From the NCBI GenBank assembly GCA_964188305.1, contig OZ076888.1: DNA of 64,000 nt; one strand, 5' to 3'. The notes under the pieces are model-generated. The model did not search any database. It saw only the letters and a program-made list of their open reading frames with translations, and was not told where the DNA came from. The stretch comes from Podarcis bocagei (lineage: Eukaryota). The position numbers were made by a program, and so were the translations under genes. Position 1 is the stretch's first letter. The number at the start of each line of letters is the position of its first letter. Positions 51,558 to 64,000 of the stretch are shown here, piece after piece.

Positions 51558-54189
51558 AGCATGGTGCTAGGGCAGAGCAGATGATTTCTTTGGGGTAGTT
51601 GAAGTTCACACAGCAGAGCTCTTAGATACAGTATTTTTCTTCTCCGAACCGCACTTCAACAGCTAAGCTTGGACAGATGCAACTCTAGAATAGCTCTGTG
51701 GGTCCACAGGAGGGTGGGAACCTAACAGGGGAGTCAGTCAGTCTCCATACTGTCATAGTCCAAAATACTGACTTAGTGCTGAACCCATAGCTATTTTGAC
51801 GTCTGAAGCAGGACTCCAGTTGTGCACAGCTGGACTGAGATTTGCCCATGTATAAGTGGATAGCTTTGCTAAGAGATTATTTGATTTGGACAAGGGATCT
51901 TGGTTATTCTGGCCCCAATCCTTTTTCTCAGTTTGTCATACCTTCTGAGAAATGGAATTTTTTCCATCTTCCAAATTTAGCAAGCTTTGTCAAGAGCCCT
52001 TGTGGTGCTAAATATAAATGAAAACGTTAGTCCAATATCTCATGATGATGATCTAACGCTAGTCCCAGATTGTGGGACAAAAGTAGCCAAGGTGATACGT
52101 TTCTTGGACCAGCCTCTTCTGATGAGTTTGCACAATTTTATGAATTACAAAACTCCTTTTTTCATTCTCCTTAAAATCCCATCACTTGATTGAAGCTTCT
52201 TTCCCCCTTTAACCTGAACGCGAGAACTATGGGAAGTTCTTGTGTACTCTCACCAGCAGTAGCTAGTCCAGTCAACACCTTCTGCCCACTAGGTTTCTCC
52301 AGTCAGCTCTGATCATTATTACCTAAGAGATAACAATAATAGTTCGAAGCTCTGCTCATGCCCTGTGAAAAGAGAGGTGCTGCAAATCCGGAAGCAATTC
52401 TCATTCAGCTCAACTTTTCAGCTGGACATTGTTTCAAGGCAAGAGCTTGTGCCGCATTATTTAGCACTAGGGTGTTGAGCTGTAAAATACCAGCACACAG
52501 TGCAACTGCTCTCTGGATTCAATGGCTACAGCAGTAACTCCTTGTCTATAGAGTGATGCTTCTGACAGAGCGAGACAGACAGACAGACAGACAAGCCTGT
52601 AAAAGATATGTTGTGCAGGAAAGGCACAGCCTCCATTCTGAGCCGCAATGATCCTTTTTTTTTTTCCTTTTGCAAATTATTTTGATAAATGTTTGTAAAA
52701 GTTGTTCAGGTGAGAGAACCTACATGCAACAATGTCTTTTTAGAACTCGTAGGCATGATTCTGCAGATGTCTTTTGTAACTAGCACCAATGGAAAGGGAC
52801 CCGTTTTTCTGCTGCCATGCACAAAAGGAACAGGGAACTCTCCTCGGGTTTTATGGCTCTTCCTTTTGATTTCCTTTATGGATTCCCTTTGCAAACTTTG
52901 CCACCTGGATCCAGCCATAGTTGTGGGCCCACAGTTAACATGGCATGTGTCTCGCAGTTCCTCAGGGGACGCCTCTCCCTGAGCAGGAACTGTTGCAGTT
53001 GTATTGCTGTCAACAAAATAAGATTGTATCCAATTTTTAAAAAAATGATTTTCCTTTTGCGATAAGCTTTCTAACCTGCACTTTGAGGTCTTCTTTGCTT
53101 TCACTTTTAAGTTTTTAACTACAAGGATTTTTATTATTGTTCCTTTACCAAGTTTAAACTTCTTTTTTTAGAGACCTCATTTATGACACTTGTTTGAGAC
53201 TTAAGTAATTTGCCTACCCCGTAATTACTAAGGGAAAAAAAGAGAAAAAGAGAAAAAAATGCTTTATAAAATTCATAACTTATTGCTGATTATAATTATT
53301 GGGTTGTTAATTTCAGTCCTGTAGATTTTTAATTTTATTATTCTTTAGATAGGGCTGGGCGACAAAAAACAAAAAAAACAAAAAAACAAGGTAACCTCAT
53401 TTAGCAGTGCAGTGGAATTGTGTTTAAATGTTAGCATATGGTTCTGCTTAATAGTAGCACTTTAACACCATTAAACATTTCTGTATCTGAAATGCACTGT
53501 GTTCTGCCATTTTGGTCACTCATGATAATATTTTAGAATTCCCATGTTCTTGTGCCTGGAAGTTTTTTTAAAAACCTATTGGCCATGTGATTAGATGACC
53601 CCAAATGACCTCTCATGTAGATCTTGTCTTGATACTGATATGCTGCGTGTATGTTTGAACCCACATGTTATCCATTCACCCCAGAGCTATTACTGTGTCA
53701 TATAATACAAGACACAACTTTAGAACCTGTGTCATGAAATAGAAGCATAATCCCACCAAGGTTATAGTGTGTTTTATAGAGCTGGGGGTTTTTGTTTTTT
53801 ATTTTGTTTGGTAAAGCCTGGATCCAGTTGTTGTTCTACATTAATCTTCCCTAGGTGACTCTATAAACATTCTGGTTTACTGCATGTGGTACTCTCTCCC
53901 TCTAGTGGCTGGAATAAGAACCCATTAGTTGTAGTTAATGGGAGTAAAACGTTCAGCTGAACCAGTAGCAACAACTTTTATAGTACTGAGGTCTGTTAAT
54001 TGGCCCATAATCTGCATGTGTGAAGCTATAGCGTCCCAGCACAATTCTTTGGGGCTGTCAGAATGACTGCCGAGAACTCATAATGAGCCAAAATTGTAGT
54101 ACTGAGTTGTGTGGGTAGCCTTGGTTTGTGATTTTGCAGACACAAAAATCTGTCCCACTGACATCCTTTGAGTCCATTTCTGATCACAG

Positions 54190-54350
54190 GAGCTCATGTA
54201 GCAGAGTACATGCTTTGAAGGTAAAAGGAGTTGAGTTCAAACCCTGACATCTCTGGTTGGAATTTTTTTTTTAGAAGGACTAGAAAAAAGATGAGCCTGG
54301 AAAGTTGCTGTCCAGATGTTGAATACTGATCTGATTTAAGTGCTGTTATG
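54190..54350 (+). mobile_element. Degenerate tRNA-derived SINE (Squam2-like)
   Basis: GCTCATGTAGCAGAGTACATGCTTTG...GAGTTCAAACCCTGACATCTCTGG: tRNA-like head with A and B boxes. Confidence 0.5.
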
Positions 54351-55459
54351 TGTCAAGATCATGTAAAAAATAATTAGATGGGAAGGACGGACAAGTCTCT
54401 TCATGCATTACTTTGTTGAAGGGGTAACATGACTGTTCCTGGACTCTCTTGAAGAATGTTTGGGGAGGAGGAATTTCCTAGCTCCATAGATTCCCAGAAT
54501 GATTTAGAATGTTGGGGAGTCTACACTGATAAAAAGGTTCTCTCCTTCAGAAGTTATTCCTCAACAAGGCACCAGGAAGAGCTGTGTGTGACCTTTGGGT
54601 TAGAGCTAGACACACAACCTCCCTTTGTATAATAAGTAACATATAAAAAAGATTCTACCTACACTAAATTCTGCACAAGCACAATATAAACCTAGAGGGT
54701 CTTTGAAGTGTTGCTCTAGAATCACATATAACAGTTTGTATGTTAAAGAGCCACTGCAGCAAGGTACAACAGGCTGAATATGTATGTTATGTTAGCCATT
54801 CTATTTTTTTAAAAAATGAAAAGGGTACGTTTGCGTAACTTAAGAGTCATAGTGATAGCCAGAAGGCAGCTCAAAGTTCAATATAACATCTAGAAAAGAT
54901 TTTATTTCCCCATGTTCATTAAATTGAATTTATATCTTGAAATTTCCTCTTGTTCCTTACACTTGAGATAAATTTATATGTAATCTTCTCCCCCTCCCCA
55001 TGTCTAATTTGTAATGTGACCCTATGCGTGTTTGCTCAGAAGTCACACTGTGTTCAGTGGTGTTTCACTTTCAGATAGACGTGCCTATATCTGTAGACTT
55101 GAGACCCAAAAGTTAAATGTGACTTTGCATTTGGCATACAGCTTGCATCAGCTGCAGGAATGGGCCATTTCCAAAACTGGTAATCCCATATAGGTGCATC
55201 ACCAGGCCTTGAATGGCTGGGAAATTCTATTCACCCAAAAGCTAATGAACATAAAAAGGCTAAACTGACTTCATTATCACCAAGACTGTTGACATTCATG
55301 ATGCTTACTGAGAAATATATCAGTCCAGGTTTGTCTTCATCTTGGTGAAAGCTCTTATTTGAGGTATTTGTCACTGTTAATGCTTGTGTGGGTAATGCCA
55401 AGAATGGATGTGTACCTTACTATATCCAGAAGATGCGCAAGAGTTATGTTTGTTTTCTG

Positions 55460-55634
55460 CCACCTAGGAAATGATGGACATAAGCAACCACTAGTGAGGT
55501 TGCTAGTGTCTATGTTTATTCTCTCTCTAGGATTAGGCATGGATATTTCCAAACCTTGCTATAGGAGAGCCATATTCCTGGAGATGCGGGGATTGAACTC
55601 TTTCCATGCAAATCATGTGCCCTATATCTGAGCT
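55460..55634 (-). mobile_element. Degenerate tRNA-derived SINE (Squam2-like)
   Basis: CCTGGAGATGCGGGGATTGAACTC...CATGCAAATCATGTGCCCTATATCTGAGCT on + is a reversed tRNA-like head. Confidence 0.5.
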
Positions 55635-58600
55635 TTTTTGAATGTGATGAAAAATGGAAGCAGCAGCTGTACATGCATGGCCACTTTTCCCTGAGCAGTC
55701 TTGAGTGAGGCAACTAGATAGCACTGAACTTCAAACTCGTGCAATGTGATGGACTATATGACTTGGAGCACACTATGGCACTTCAGTTCAAAGACAGTAA
55801 CATACTAGTGGAATGGGCTAATATGGGCAATAACAACTTACAGTTAATTAAAATTCATGATTCTCAGAAACTTGAAACCCTCTTTTGTTGTGACTTCATC
55901 TTTTGCTCTTCAGACTTCATGCACTGAGGAGCTGGAAACTGCAGTTCCAGTAGCACATGATTGGTCATGCAACACAAAAATGGGAAAAGGGTTGTGAGTT
56001 AAAGGAGATTTAACCAATGTGAACCAATGATCTTAGCTTCCAGAGGCAGAGCACCAGGACCAGTTGACGTACCATGGTCTGCATCAGATCAATGGCGTTA
56101 GAGAAACTGGCAAATGTTAGAGCCAACTGAAAGTAGCAGTTGTTACTGTTCACTCTTCACCTATGGCCTAATCCTTAGCCATTTTACAACGCTGTAACAA
56201 CTGGCCTCCCTGGTGCACAGTCTACACCTGCCATCATTAAATTACGCCACTGGAAAGTTCTAAACAGTAAGATAATTTACAAAAGAAGGAACACTAAAAA
56301 CAGAATCGTCAACATCAAGAATTGTTCATTTTTCTCCTTTCTAGCCAAGTTGCAAATAATTTTTTTAACTGTACTAAACACTATCCACTATTTCTCTGTT
56401 CAGCTGGTCAAACCAGTGCGGGTATATATAAGCCAGTGTCAGAACTATTTTTTTAAAATGCTAAAGATCCTTTTAGAAAAACAGAGGAAATTTGGATGTA
56501 AATGCTACTAAAATAGCTATGAATATCTACGTCCTCATACTTCAAATACCACTAGCATTTACGTAGTTTGCCCCCACCCCTCTTGATTCCTTGTAGCACA
56601 ATATGATCTTGGTTTTAGTATATTACTTTATTAACAACCACTGCATACAGAAGGAACCTGCTTCTCTGACTATAACAGGACTAAAGCTCAGGGCCAACTC
56701 AGATGATCACTGTACACAAAATAGCTGGAGGGGGGGAGAGAATGCACAAACGTTCTACACTGGACTAACCTTCAGCTCAATACTAGGCAGAGGATCCAGC
56801 ATCAGGAGTTCAAGAAACAATGGTTACTGCGGCATGCCAAAAGCTGAATGCTGCATGTGGCTGTGGGTGTATAAGACAAGCTGCTAAGGAAAACGGCAGG
56901 ATTTTCCAGTAGCTACTATTGCGAAACTTCTACGTGTGTGAATCAACCTTCAGCTCCTTTCCTATTTTCTGTACATTTAAGATAGATATTTAAGCAAAGT
57001 TACTTACCTGAAGTGGCTACCTTCCTCACCCACCCCCAAATGCAAGCTACAGTAGCATTGTACAGTTTCTCAAATACACAGCTATCCTTAATTTCTGTTA
57101 CAAAAGCAGCAGGGACCAAGTCATACACAAAGAGTTCAACAGGCTGGTCATTTGATTACAGTGGGCTCAAGCATGCCAAACACTCTATTATACCGTGGCT
57201 AAAATCTCCAGTCAAGTAAGTGTAGCGGCATTACTGCTCCTAATGCTCTGCAAGATTAACTTGTCATACACAAACAAAAAACAATGAAATCTACAAGGCT
57301 ATGTAGGATTTGAAGAGCTGAACAGTAAAATCAATTACTGAATCCAATGTGGAAGACATTTGCTAGATAGAAAAATATCAGCAAGTCCTGCTAGAAATTT
57401 TACAGGAGCTAGAAACTTAGCAGGCGCTCCAACACACAACAAAATATTGCATGTCAGGAAGCTGAGTGTAAGTTATATACCCTTCCCTATAGGGACTTCA
57501 GCTGACCCCCTAAGGGAGGGACCAACCAGGTTGTGCAACATGATGCTCTAATTGGCAGTAACTAGGGGGTGTATTCAGGCAGGTGTTTCCTGCATAGCAG
57601 CTCATTGCTTGTTGCAAACTGCCAGAACAGATTAATCCCTTTTTTGAATGAAGAACATGCCAAATGAAGGCAAGCTAACCCTTTATATGCATAAAATGCC
57701 TTACCCATTATAAAAACATGATTCAAATTCAACCCAAATAAGTAATGATAGGGCTCCTCCACAGAGAAAATGCGCTTCTCTGGAGATATTTCTGATAGTG
57801 CTCTTGTTGGAATAGGCTGCTGTCCCTATTCAGCACCTATTGACATGGTACATTAAATTGTTTTAAAATCACAACAGCTAAGAAAAAAGTGCATTTTTTC
57901 ATCAATCACTGTTGTACTACGTAGCTCTTGGATTTTAAAATGTCACAGTCTTGCGGTATATAAACAAGCCTGCTACTGATCTTCAAGCCTAGCCATCGCA
58001 GAATGCAAAGGAAATTGTAATTCAAGCATGACATCTCACTTTGCAAATCTCAAAATGTTTTCCTAAACTTAGTCTTCTGCAGCTTCTAACTATTACTTTG
58101 CTATTTTAAAAGAAAAGAGTTACTGCAGTGTAACCTTGCATAGGATTTATGTTTGCAACTATTATATTCTAATGTAAAATGACTACAATACAGGTATTTA
58201 AACCCAGTAAGTACATTTTATCTTCAATCACATTAACCAGTGTCTGATGCACAAAATTAGGTTTGTGCCATTATAATTTTTCCCAGCTGTTAAAAAAATA
58301 CCAGCAAATCTGTTTCAGCCTCTACTGAATTATGGGTTTCCTTTGTAATTTGTGTATTAAAGGGGGGAAATGTACAGTGCTATGTTTCTATATAGTGATA
58401 CTGCACTGGTCTAGGAATGCAATTCCATGTTTAAACATATATGTATCCTCTTGACAAATATTTTTATGTGCAAGTTTATTTTTAAGATTTCTGTTATCAC
58501 TATTTTGCTTCCTCTGAGGTTTCCTGAACTTTGGTGCAGTTACTCTAATGCTGCTGTAGCCAACTGCTACTTGAGGAACTGAATGCTAAAACCCCCCAAC

Positions 58601-58771
58601 CAATCCATGATTGGTGCTTAAATTGACCAGCGCCAATCGTCAAAACAATACTGAAACAGCATTATCTATAGTGGTGCAGGGATGGTGCTGACAAAGATGT
58701 TACATTTTCCATCATTGTAAACATTATTCTTTTGTTTGTGGGCATCTATATAAACTTGTTTAAAATATACA

Positions 58772-58777
58772 AATAAA
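58772..58777 (+). terminator. Candidate MXI1 distal polyadenylation signal AATAAA
   Basis: AATAAA at the end of an AU-rich UTR-like block, with a T-rich tract downstream (about 58810-58825). Confidence 0.55.
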
Positions 58778-59429
58778 TTTTATGAAATTTTATTTCTAGT
58801 AAGATTCGTTACCCTTTTCTCTTCCCACATCGCTAATGAAAAAAAATTAATACTAGTTCAGTTGTCAAACTGCTGCAACAGCATAGCTGCATCTACATTG
58901 ATTAGAGGCTTACCTAGTCTACTGAAAATTGCAGCCCAGTTTTCCATACAAGTGCACAAATCTCCTGCTGTAAGTTAAAAGAACAGTAGGCTCTGCTGCA
59001 CTGGCCTCCAGCTTTACCTGCTTTGAAAAGAAGTGAAATGCTTTCCCATAGGAAAGTTAGCTATTCAGTCACAACAAACAACAGAATCAAGATATTAATC
59101 CTGGCAGTTTCTCATCTCAGGACCCAGACATTCAGAATTTGAATGATCAGCTTCAAGGACAACTGAGAATCTTGCCTCAATATGCATGTCTTCCTAACAG
59201 GTAAACTGCCATCAATGGCATAAGCCACAGTACTGCTAGATAAAAATTCAGATACTGCTCCGATTTGACCAAGGAACATCTCTTTAGAAGAAAAAAAAAC
59301 CTTAGTAGTCTGTGAACTTCACAAGTGTTATTTCAAAAGTGTTGTAACTCCTACAATTTTGACCATATTACGTAATTTCATACCAGATTTAAATTTTTTC
59401 ACATTTTTAGATTCTTCGGAACAAAGCCA

Positions 59430-61495
59430 AGAGGTTTTGAATTCTTTATTTTAATAAAAGTTAAACATACAAAACTGAAATCAACACAGTCATAAAAATT
59501 ACCTCCTCCTTTTGTTAACAAGAAGAACCTCTCTCTATGGATGGATTCTAAGGTACTAGATATGGATTTTAGGCTCAAGTAAACTGTCAGACATTTACAC
59601 TAATCAGTGCATCGACAAATGCTGATGGTTCCTGATCTTATTTAATTCAGAAAACAAATTACAAAAGGGAACTACAACAACATAATATACATGGGGAATG
59701 GAGTTCAGATTAATGAGCAAGAATTACTCTTGTACGAGAAATAACTAAATCCAGTCTTGTTCATTAACTTAACACCATATTTTACAAAAATAATTATCTA
59801 CACTGTATACAGGGCTATACGTTAACTTTTTGTGTCAGACACATTTCAAGATTGAGAGATAGACTACAACCCTAAGCAATACGTATGGCAAAGGGAAGCA
59901 ATTGCATCCACAAGATACAAATAGGCCTGGACTTTTACACATGGTTTCCCAAATAAAATCAAGGAGGGACAGCAATACTAACGTAAGTTAAACCTTGTAA
60001 GAGTAACCTCCTGTTGCATTTAAAAAAGCTGGATAAGCACACACAAAAAATTCAGCACAATGCAGGTGACTTGCCATATTTACCAACATAAACGCACTGA
60101 GTAATTCTCAAGAGGAATAACTATTTCTATATGTAACATTTGACTCTTTGAACACTTAAAAGTGCTAATCAAACCTGCAAAGTGACTGAATACATCTTAG
60201 GAAGCCTACAGGTAGGTTCTCAAAACCTATAAATCAAAATGTTCTGCTCCTGACAATAAATATGCTTACCTGCTTGGCACTAGCAAGTGCTTTTTTTCTG
60301 GTGAGAACCTCCACCTTCTTGAGCTGGGAGAAGGATGGTGGAATCTTCAAGACTTTGGATAATACCCAACTAAGTTAAAGCAGACCCCCTGATTTTCAGT
60401 GGGTTTGCTCCAAGTATGAGTTGAACATCACCCCTTGTGCTGAATTCAGAGATTCCCCTAGTTTTTCTCCATACTCAGAAGAGGGCAAGAGAAATCTACA
60501 TCAATTTATGATGAGCCTTGGGGAGAAGCAAGACGTCCTGCTGCTTTCGAAACAGTCCAAGATCTGGGAGTTCCTTCCACCACCCTCCCAACCTTGCAGA
60601 GATTTTGCAAAGTGGGAAAACAGCAGTGTATCTTCCTGCTTTTCAAGGATTTTCTGAGGCTCAGTGTGACAGAGACAAGCCCCTGGTTCTACCACTATCC
60701 AGCCTGGGCTAGGGGAAAATGACAGGGACATGCCCCTGAAGTCACACTAAGCTTTAGAGCATCTCTGAGACTTCATGTCAAAGCTCACTCCCTTCTCAGT
60801 TGAGTCAATCATGAGCACAAATTTTGCCTACCAAGACCAGTCAAGCTTTGTGGAAACCCTGTTTTGCTCATGTAGATGGATTTTGTCAACACTTCCAGCA
60901 CAATGCATTCAACCTGTAATCTTAAAATTTGAACTGCACTGTTTCTGGCTTATGAATCATTAACTGGAGATTAGATGGCCCAGATTCATTACAAGCCAAG
61001 GAAGCAGATGCAGATTGTGATCAACTAACAATTGACTTTCAAAATAGAATAAAATCCAGAGAAAGTCATCATAATTGTACTAGTTCTGCAGGAGTTACAG
61101 TGCTTAACAGCTATCCTGCAATAAGATGGCAGGCCTGTAAGCACATAAAAGGGAGCAAGGAAAGCTGGGATAACTATTTTATTTCACGACCATTTGTTTG
61201 ATGGCATTCCCAACTAATGCTATAGGGATGGACACTTGAGAAATCAGACACTTCAGGATACTGCAAAGGGCATTTCTTCAACACAGTCTGACGTGTGCAC
61301 ATTTATGCAATTTACATCTTTAAGAGCAAAGGGGTCATCTGAACAGCTATTACCTTGCTTAAGGCTTGTACCAGCATAAGCCAACTGATGTCAACAACCA
61401 TTTTCACTATGCGCCAATAGTTTACTTTTAGAAAAATAGAACAATAAAAAGGTAAATGTAAAGCCCTGCAGAAGTTAAGTCATTTTCTCCCTCAA
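59430..61495 (-). other. SMNDC1: SMNDC1 3' UTR (3' end inferred)
   Basis: Follows the TAA stop. Minus-strand AATAAA (TTTATT on +) at 61178-61183 (proximal) and 59445-59450 (distal). Confidence 0.55.
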
Positions 61496-61633
61496 TTACT
61501 GGGGCATCAAATGTCTGACATTGTACTTGGATGTATCTTGGTACTGTGTCATGGGTTTGTCTGCAATTCCACACGTTCCAACTCCAACCTTCCCTGTTAC
61601 GCTCTCAGGAGAAGCAAAGATGCTTCGCTTTAC
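61496..61633 (-). CDS. SMNDC1: SMNDC1 (SPF30) terminal coding exon
   Basis: Minus strand cAG|GTAAAGCGA...CCCCAGTAA. Translates VKRSIFASPESVTGKVGVGTCGIADKPMTQYQDTSKYNVRHLMPQ*, the SMNDC1 C-terminus. Confidence 0.97.
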   Translation of the reverse strand, partial: VKRSIFASPESVTGKVGVGTCGIADKPMTQYQDTSKYNVRHLMPQ

Positions 61634-62727
61634 CTGTGGAACAAATTAAAAGCACCAATTGTAACATTTTCAAATTTCAACAAGTCAGCAAAGGAGTGCT
61701 AATATCAAATGTTCACATGCATCATTCAAAAAGCAAAATATAAATAATAAAATAAAATAAAATAAAAATAAAATAAAAAAAACTACATTTTATTGATCAT
61801 TAAACAGGAACCTTTAACAAAAAAGTTGTAATTGGAAATGAAGCACTTCTGCTCTGGTCATGGCACTCAGCAAGTCCTATTTTCTCCCAGTGAACCACTA
61901 CAGTTCTATAAGGGTCCTTTCAATGCACAAAGAAGGGCTAAAGGAAAACAAAACCTTTTTTGCCCCTATAGCTATAAACTTCATAAAGTGTCACCAGCCT
62001 CAGTTGCCTGAAGTGTCTTCTGCATGCTCTGCTAAGGGTATCTTTACAATGTGGTGCTTATTAATGTTTTTCCTTTGCCGCCACCACCACTCAAAATAAT
62101 TTAGCATGCAAACAGCACACACTAAAAACCTAACTCACATATCAATGGGTCAAACAGAGTGCGAGTTATATTTGGCAATACCAAACTCGAGAATATGAAA
62201 CATACAAAGAGTGTTGTACCACGTACATTATGGCAGCCTGAAAGCATCATAGTGCAAGCAACTATGCCACAAGCTTTATAGGCATGAACTTTTAACTTTA
62301 CAAGTGCTACTATTGGAACGGTTGTTATCAGAAATCTGTTGTTCAAACACAAAGAATTATACTCAAACTTTGCTACAGATATGGCTGATTCAGATATCCA
62401 AACAGCTGGAGTTTGCTCATGTCCTTACTTGTTTGTGCTTTGCTGGTCACCAGCACCCATTTTGGGCAAAAACCATAGAAGGGAGAGTCATCAGACAAAT
62501 CAGATATCCCTTTGTCTGGCTTTTGCTTATTGGCTGCAACAGTTTCAGGCAGAAAGCATGGATTAGAAATGTTCCCATAGGAAATAATGGAAATTGTGAA
62601 TGCTTGCCTAGCGAACAATTTCCTGGAAATGCATTGTGCTCGGAAACTGGGACCTGCATGCATATCCATTAGTTTATCCCACCCTATCTGCAGGGACTCA
62701 AACTAAGTGTAGTGATATTTAACAATA

Positions 62728-62952
62728 CAGTGGTACCTTGGTTACAAACACCTTGGGTTTCAGACTCCGCTAACCCGGAAGTAGTACCTCGGGTTAAGAA
62801 CTTTACCTCAACATGAGAACAGAAATCACACGCTGGCGGCGCAGCAGCAGCGGGAGGCCCTATTAGCTAAAGTGGTACCTCAGGTTAAGAACGGTTTCAG
62901 GTTATGAATGGACCTCTGGAATGAATTAAGTTCGTAACCAGAGGTACCACTG
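62728..62952. mobile_element. Tc1/mariner (Tigger-like) MITE in the last SMNDC1 intron
   Basis: TA|CAGTGGTACCT ... AGGTACCACTG|TA, with internal copies of the GTACCTC(A/G)GGTTAAGAAC motif. Confidence 0.9.
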
Positions 62953-63132
62953 TACGTTAAGAATATTATAAACAGATCTCTCCCATTGTATATTCCAGAA
63001 ACAAACAGCTTTGCCTATAATATTATTTTGTCTTTGTTTGGGGGATTACTCCTGTGCTGCCATACATTTAACACTGCTCCTCTTCAGCAAGAAACCTCTA
63101 TGAGTAAGCTACTAATGCAAGCATATACAAAC

Positions 63133-63286
63133 CTGGCCTTTTTTGTTTTTTGAATAAGCTCTGTTGTTGAACTGCTGCCATTTGACTTTCTGGTCCTCTC
63201 GCTCTTGTTCCAGTTCTTTGATTCGCTGGGCCTTTTTCAAAGCTTTCTTCTTTTTATATTCTCGTTGCTGAGCAATCATTTCTTTT
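63133..63286 (-). CDS. SMNDC1: SMNDC1 penultimate coding exon (154 nt)
   Basis: Minus strand ttttAG|AAAAGAAATG...GGCCAG|GTTTGT. Translates KEMIAQQREYKKKKALKKAQRIKELEQEREDQKVKWQQFNNRAYSKNKKGQ and splices in frame to the last exon. Confidence 0.97.
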
Positions 63287-64000
63287 CTAAAATGAGAAAT
63301 GGCACTGAAGGTTACTTATGTACCTCAGTTTCCTCTTCAGAAAGTCTAAGGGCAGTAATGTGTCATGGCAAGGTGGTTGCTATACAATCAGGGCAAATTT
63401 TCACAAAACATCAAATATGAAGAGATTAAGCCGAGGTGGTTAATTCTGAGTTATCAATACTGCCTTACATCCACATCTTTACCCACCAGAACTGCCTTCT
63501 TTTTACAACACTGGCAGTTCAGCCACAGTATATGGCAATGGTTTTGTATGGGCATTACATCTACATTGCAACCAACTGGAAGCCCCACATCACCTTTGCT
63601 TTAACTTCACTTTTGTTCTCAGAACATGTAGATAAAAGCAAGGATACACTGATTAAGAGAGTCTCACCTTGGGCTAGGTGAATGTAAAGATAAACTCTCA
63701 GTACAATGGGGCTTCAGCTGTCCAGGCCCATTTCATTCTCCAGCTGTAGAAAGTGCTGTCATTCCTTCTGTAAAGCAATCTGTGCATTGCAAGTTTCAAT
63801 AAAGCACAGCAATCCTACTTTCATGCACTACTACGAATAACGGCTCTCTTTCAGAAATCAGTTGAAACTAGCTAATGTCTTGCTAAACACAGCACAGAGC
63901 AACTCTAGCTCAGAATTTGTCCCAGGGGAAATATACTACTACACAGGCATGGAGCAATCATTTTGGAGTTCATGAGACTAACCAACTCAGCATGATAAGC

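Larger units (their letters stand above)
51558..58800 (+). other. MXI1: MXI1 3' UTR (putative long form; 3' end inferred)
   Basis: Follows the stop codon. The AU-rich block 53060-53480 resembles the mammalian MXI1 UTR as recalled. The first canonical AATAAA I found by eye is at 58772-58777; ATTAAA at 53470-53475 is a possible proximal signal. Confidence 0.55.

Noticed and set aside
52706-53104. 132-aa antisense ORF in the MXI1 3' UTR
   Set aside because: No homology recognised and no splice or promoter support.
54190-55634. Inverted pair of degenerate SINEs in the putative long UTR as a dsRNA element
   Set aside because: The copies look too diverged to form a stable duplex.

Overview
This is vertebrate nuclear DNA, not prokaryotic. 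The repeat content (Sauria SINE, Squam3-type SINEs, BovB, L2/CR1, Tc1/mariner and hAT MITEs) points to a squamate, most likely a lacertid lizard (inference). The window holds the 3' part of MXI1 on the + strand. Four coding exons are visible: 15983-16012, 45852-45966, 48320-48491 and 51394-51557. They encode the bHLH-ZIP and acidic C-terminus; the N-terminal exons lie upstream of the window. A long 3' UTR follows. The last two coding exons of the convergent SMNDC1 gene lie on the - strand (63133-63286, 61496-61633). The rest is intron/UTR with many short transposon copies, several with clean target-site duplications, plus a 200-N assembly gap. Almost all ORFs in the supplied track are spurious. 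I cannot support a clearly new biological system here. The best leads are five. (1) An inverted pair of young Sauria SINEs brackets two MXI1 exons and predicts a circRNA. (2) A MITE places three NRF1 sites, an ETS site and an E-box just upstream of the in-frame skippable basic-region micro-exon. (3) There is a possible Merlin/IS1595-type transposase relic. (4) A Tigger1-like element is very close to the mammalian family. (5) Two back-to-back poly(A) signal pairs lie between the convergent genes. Repeat family names and cross-species comparisons come from recalled consensus sequences and need database confirmation.
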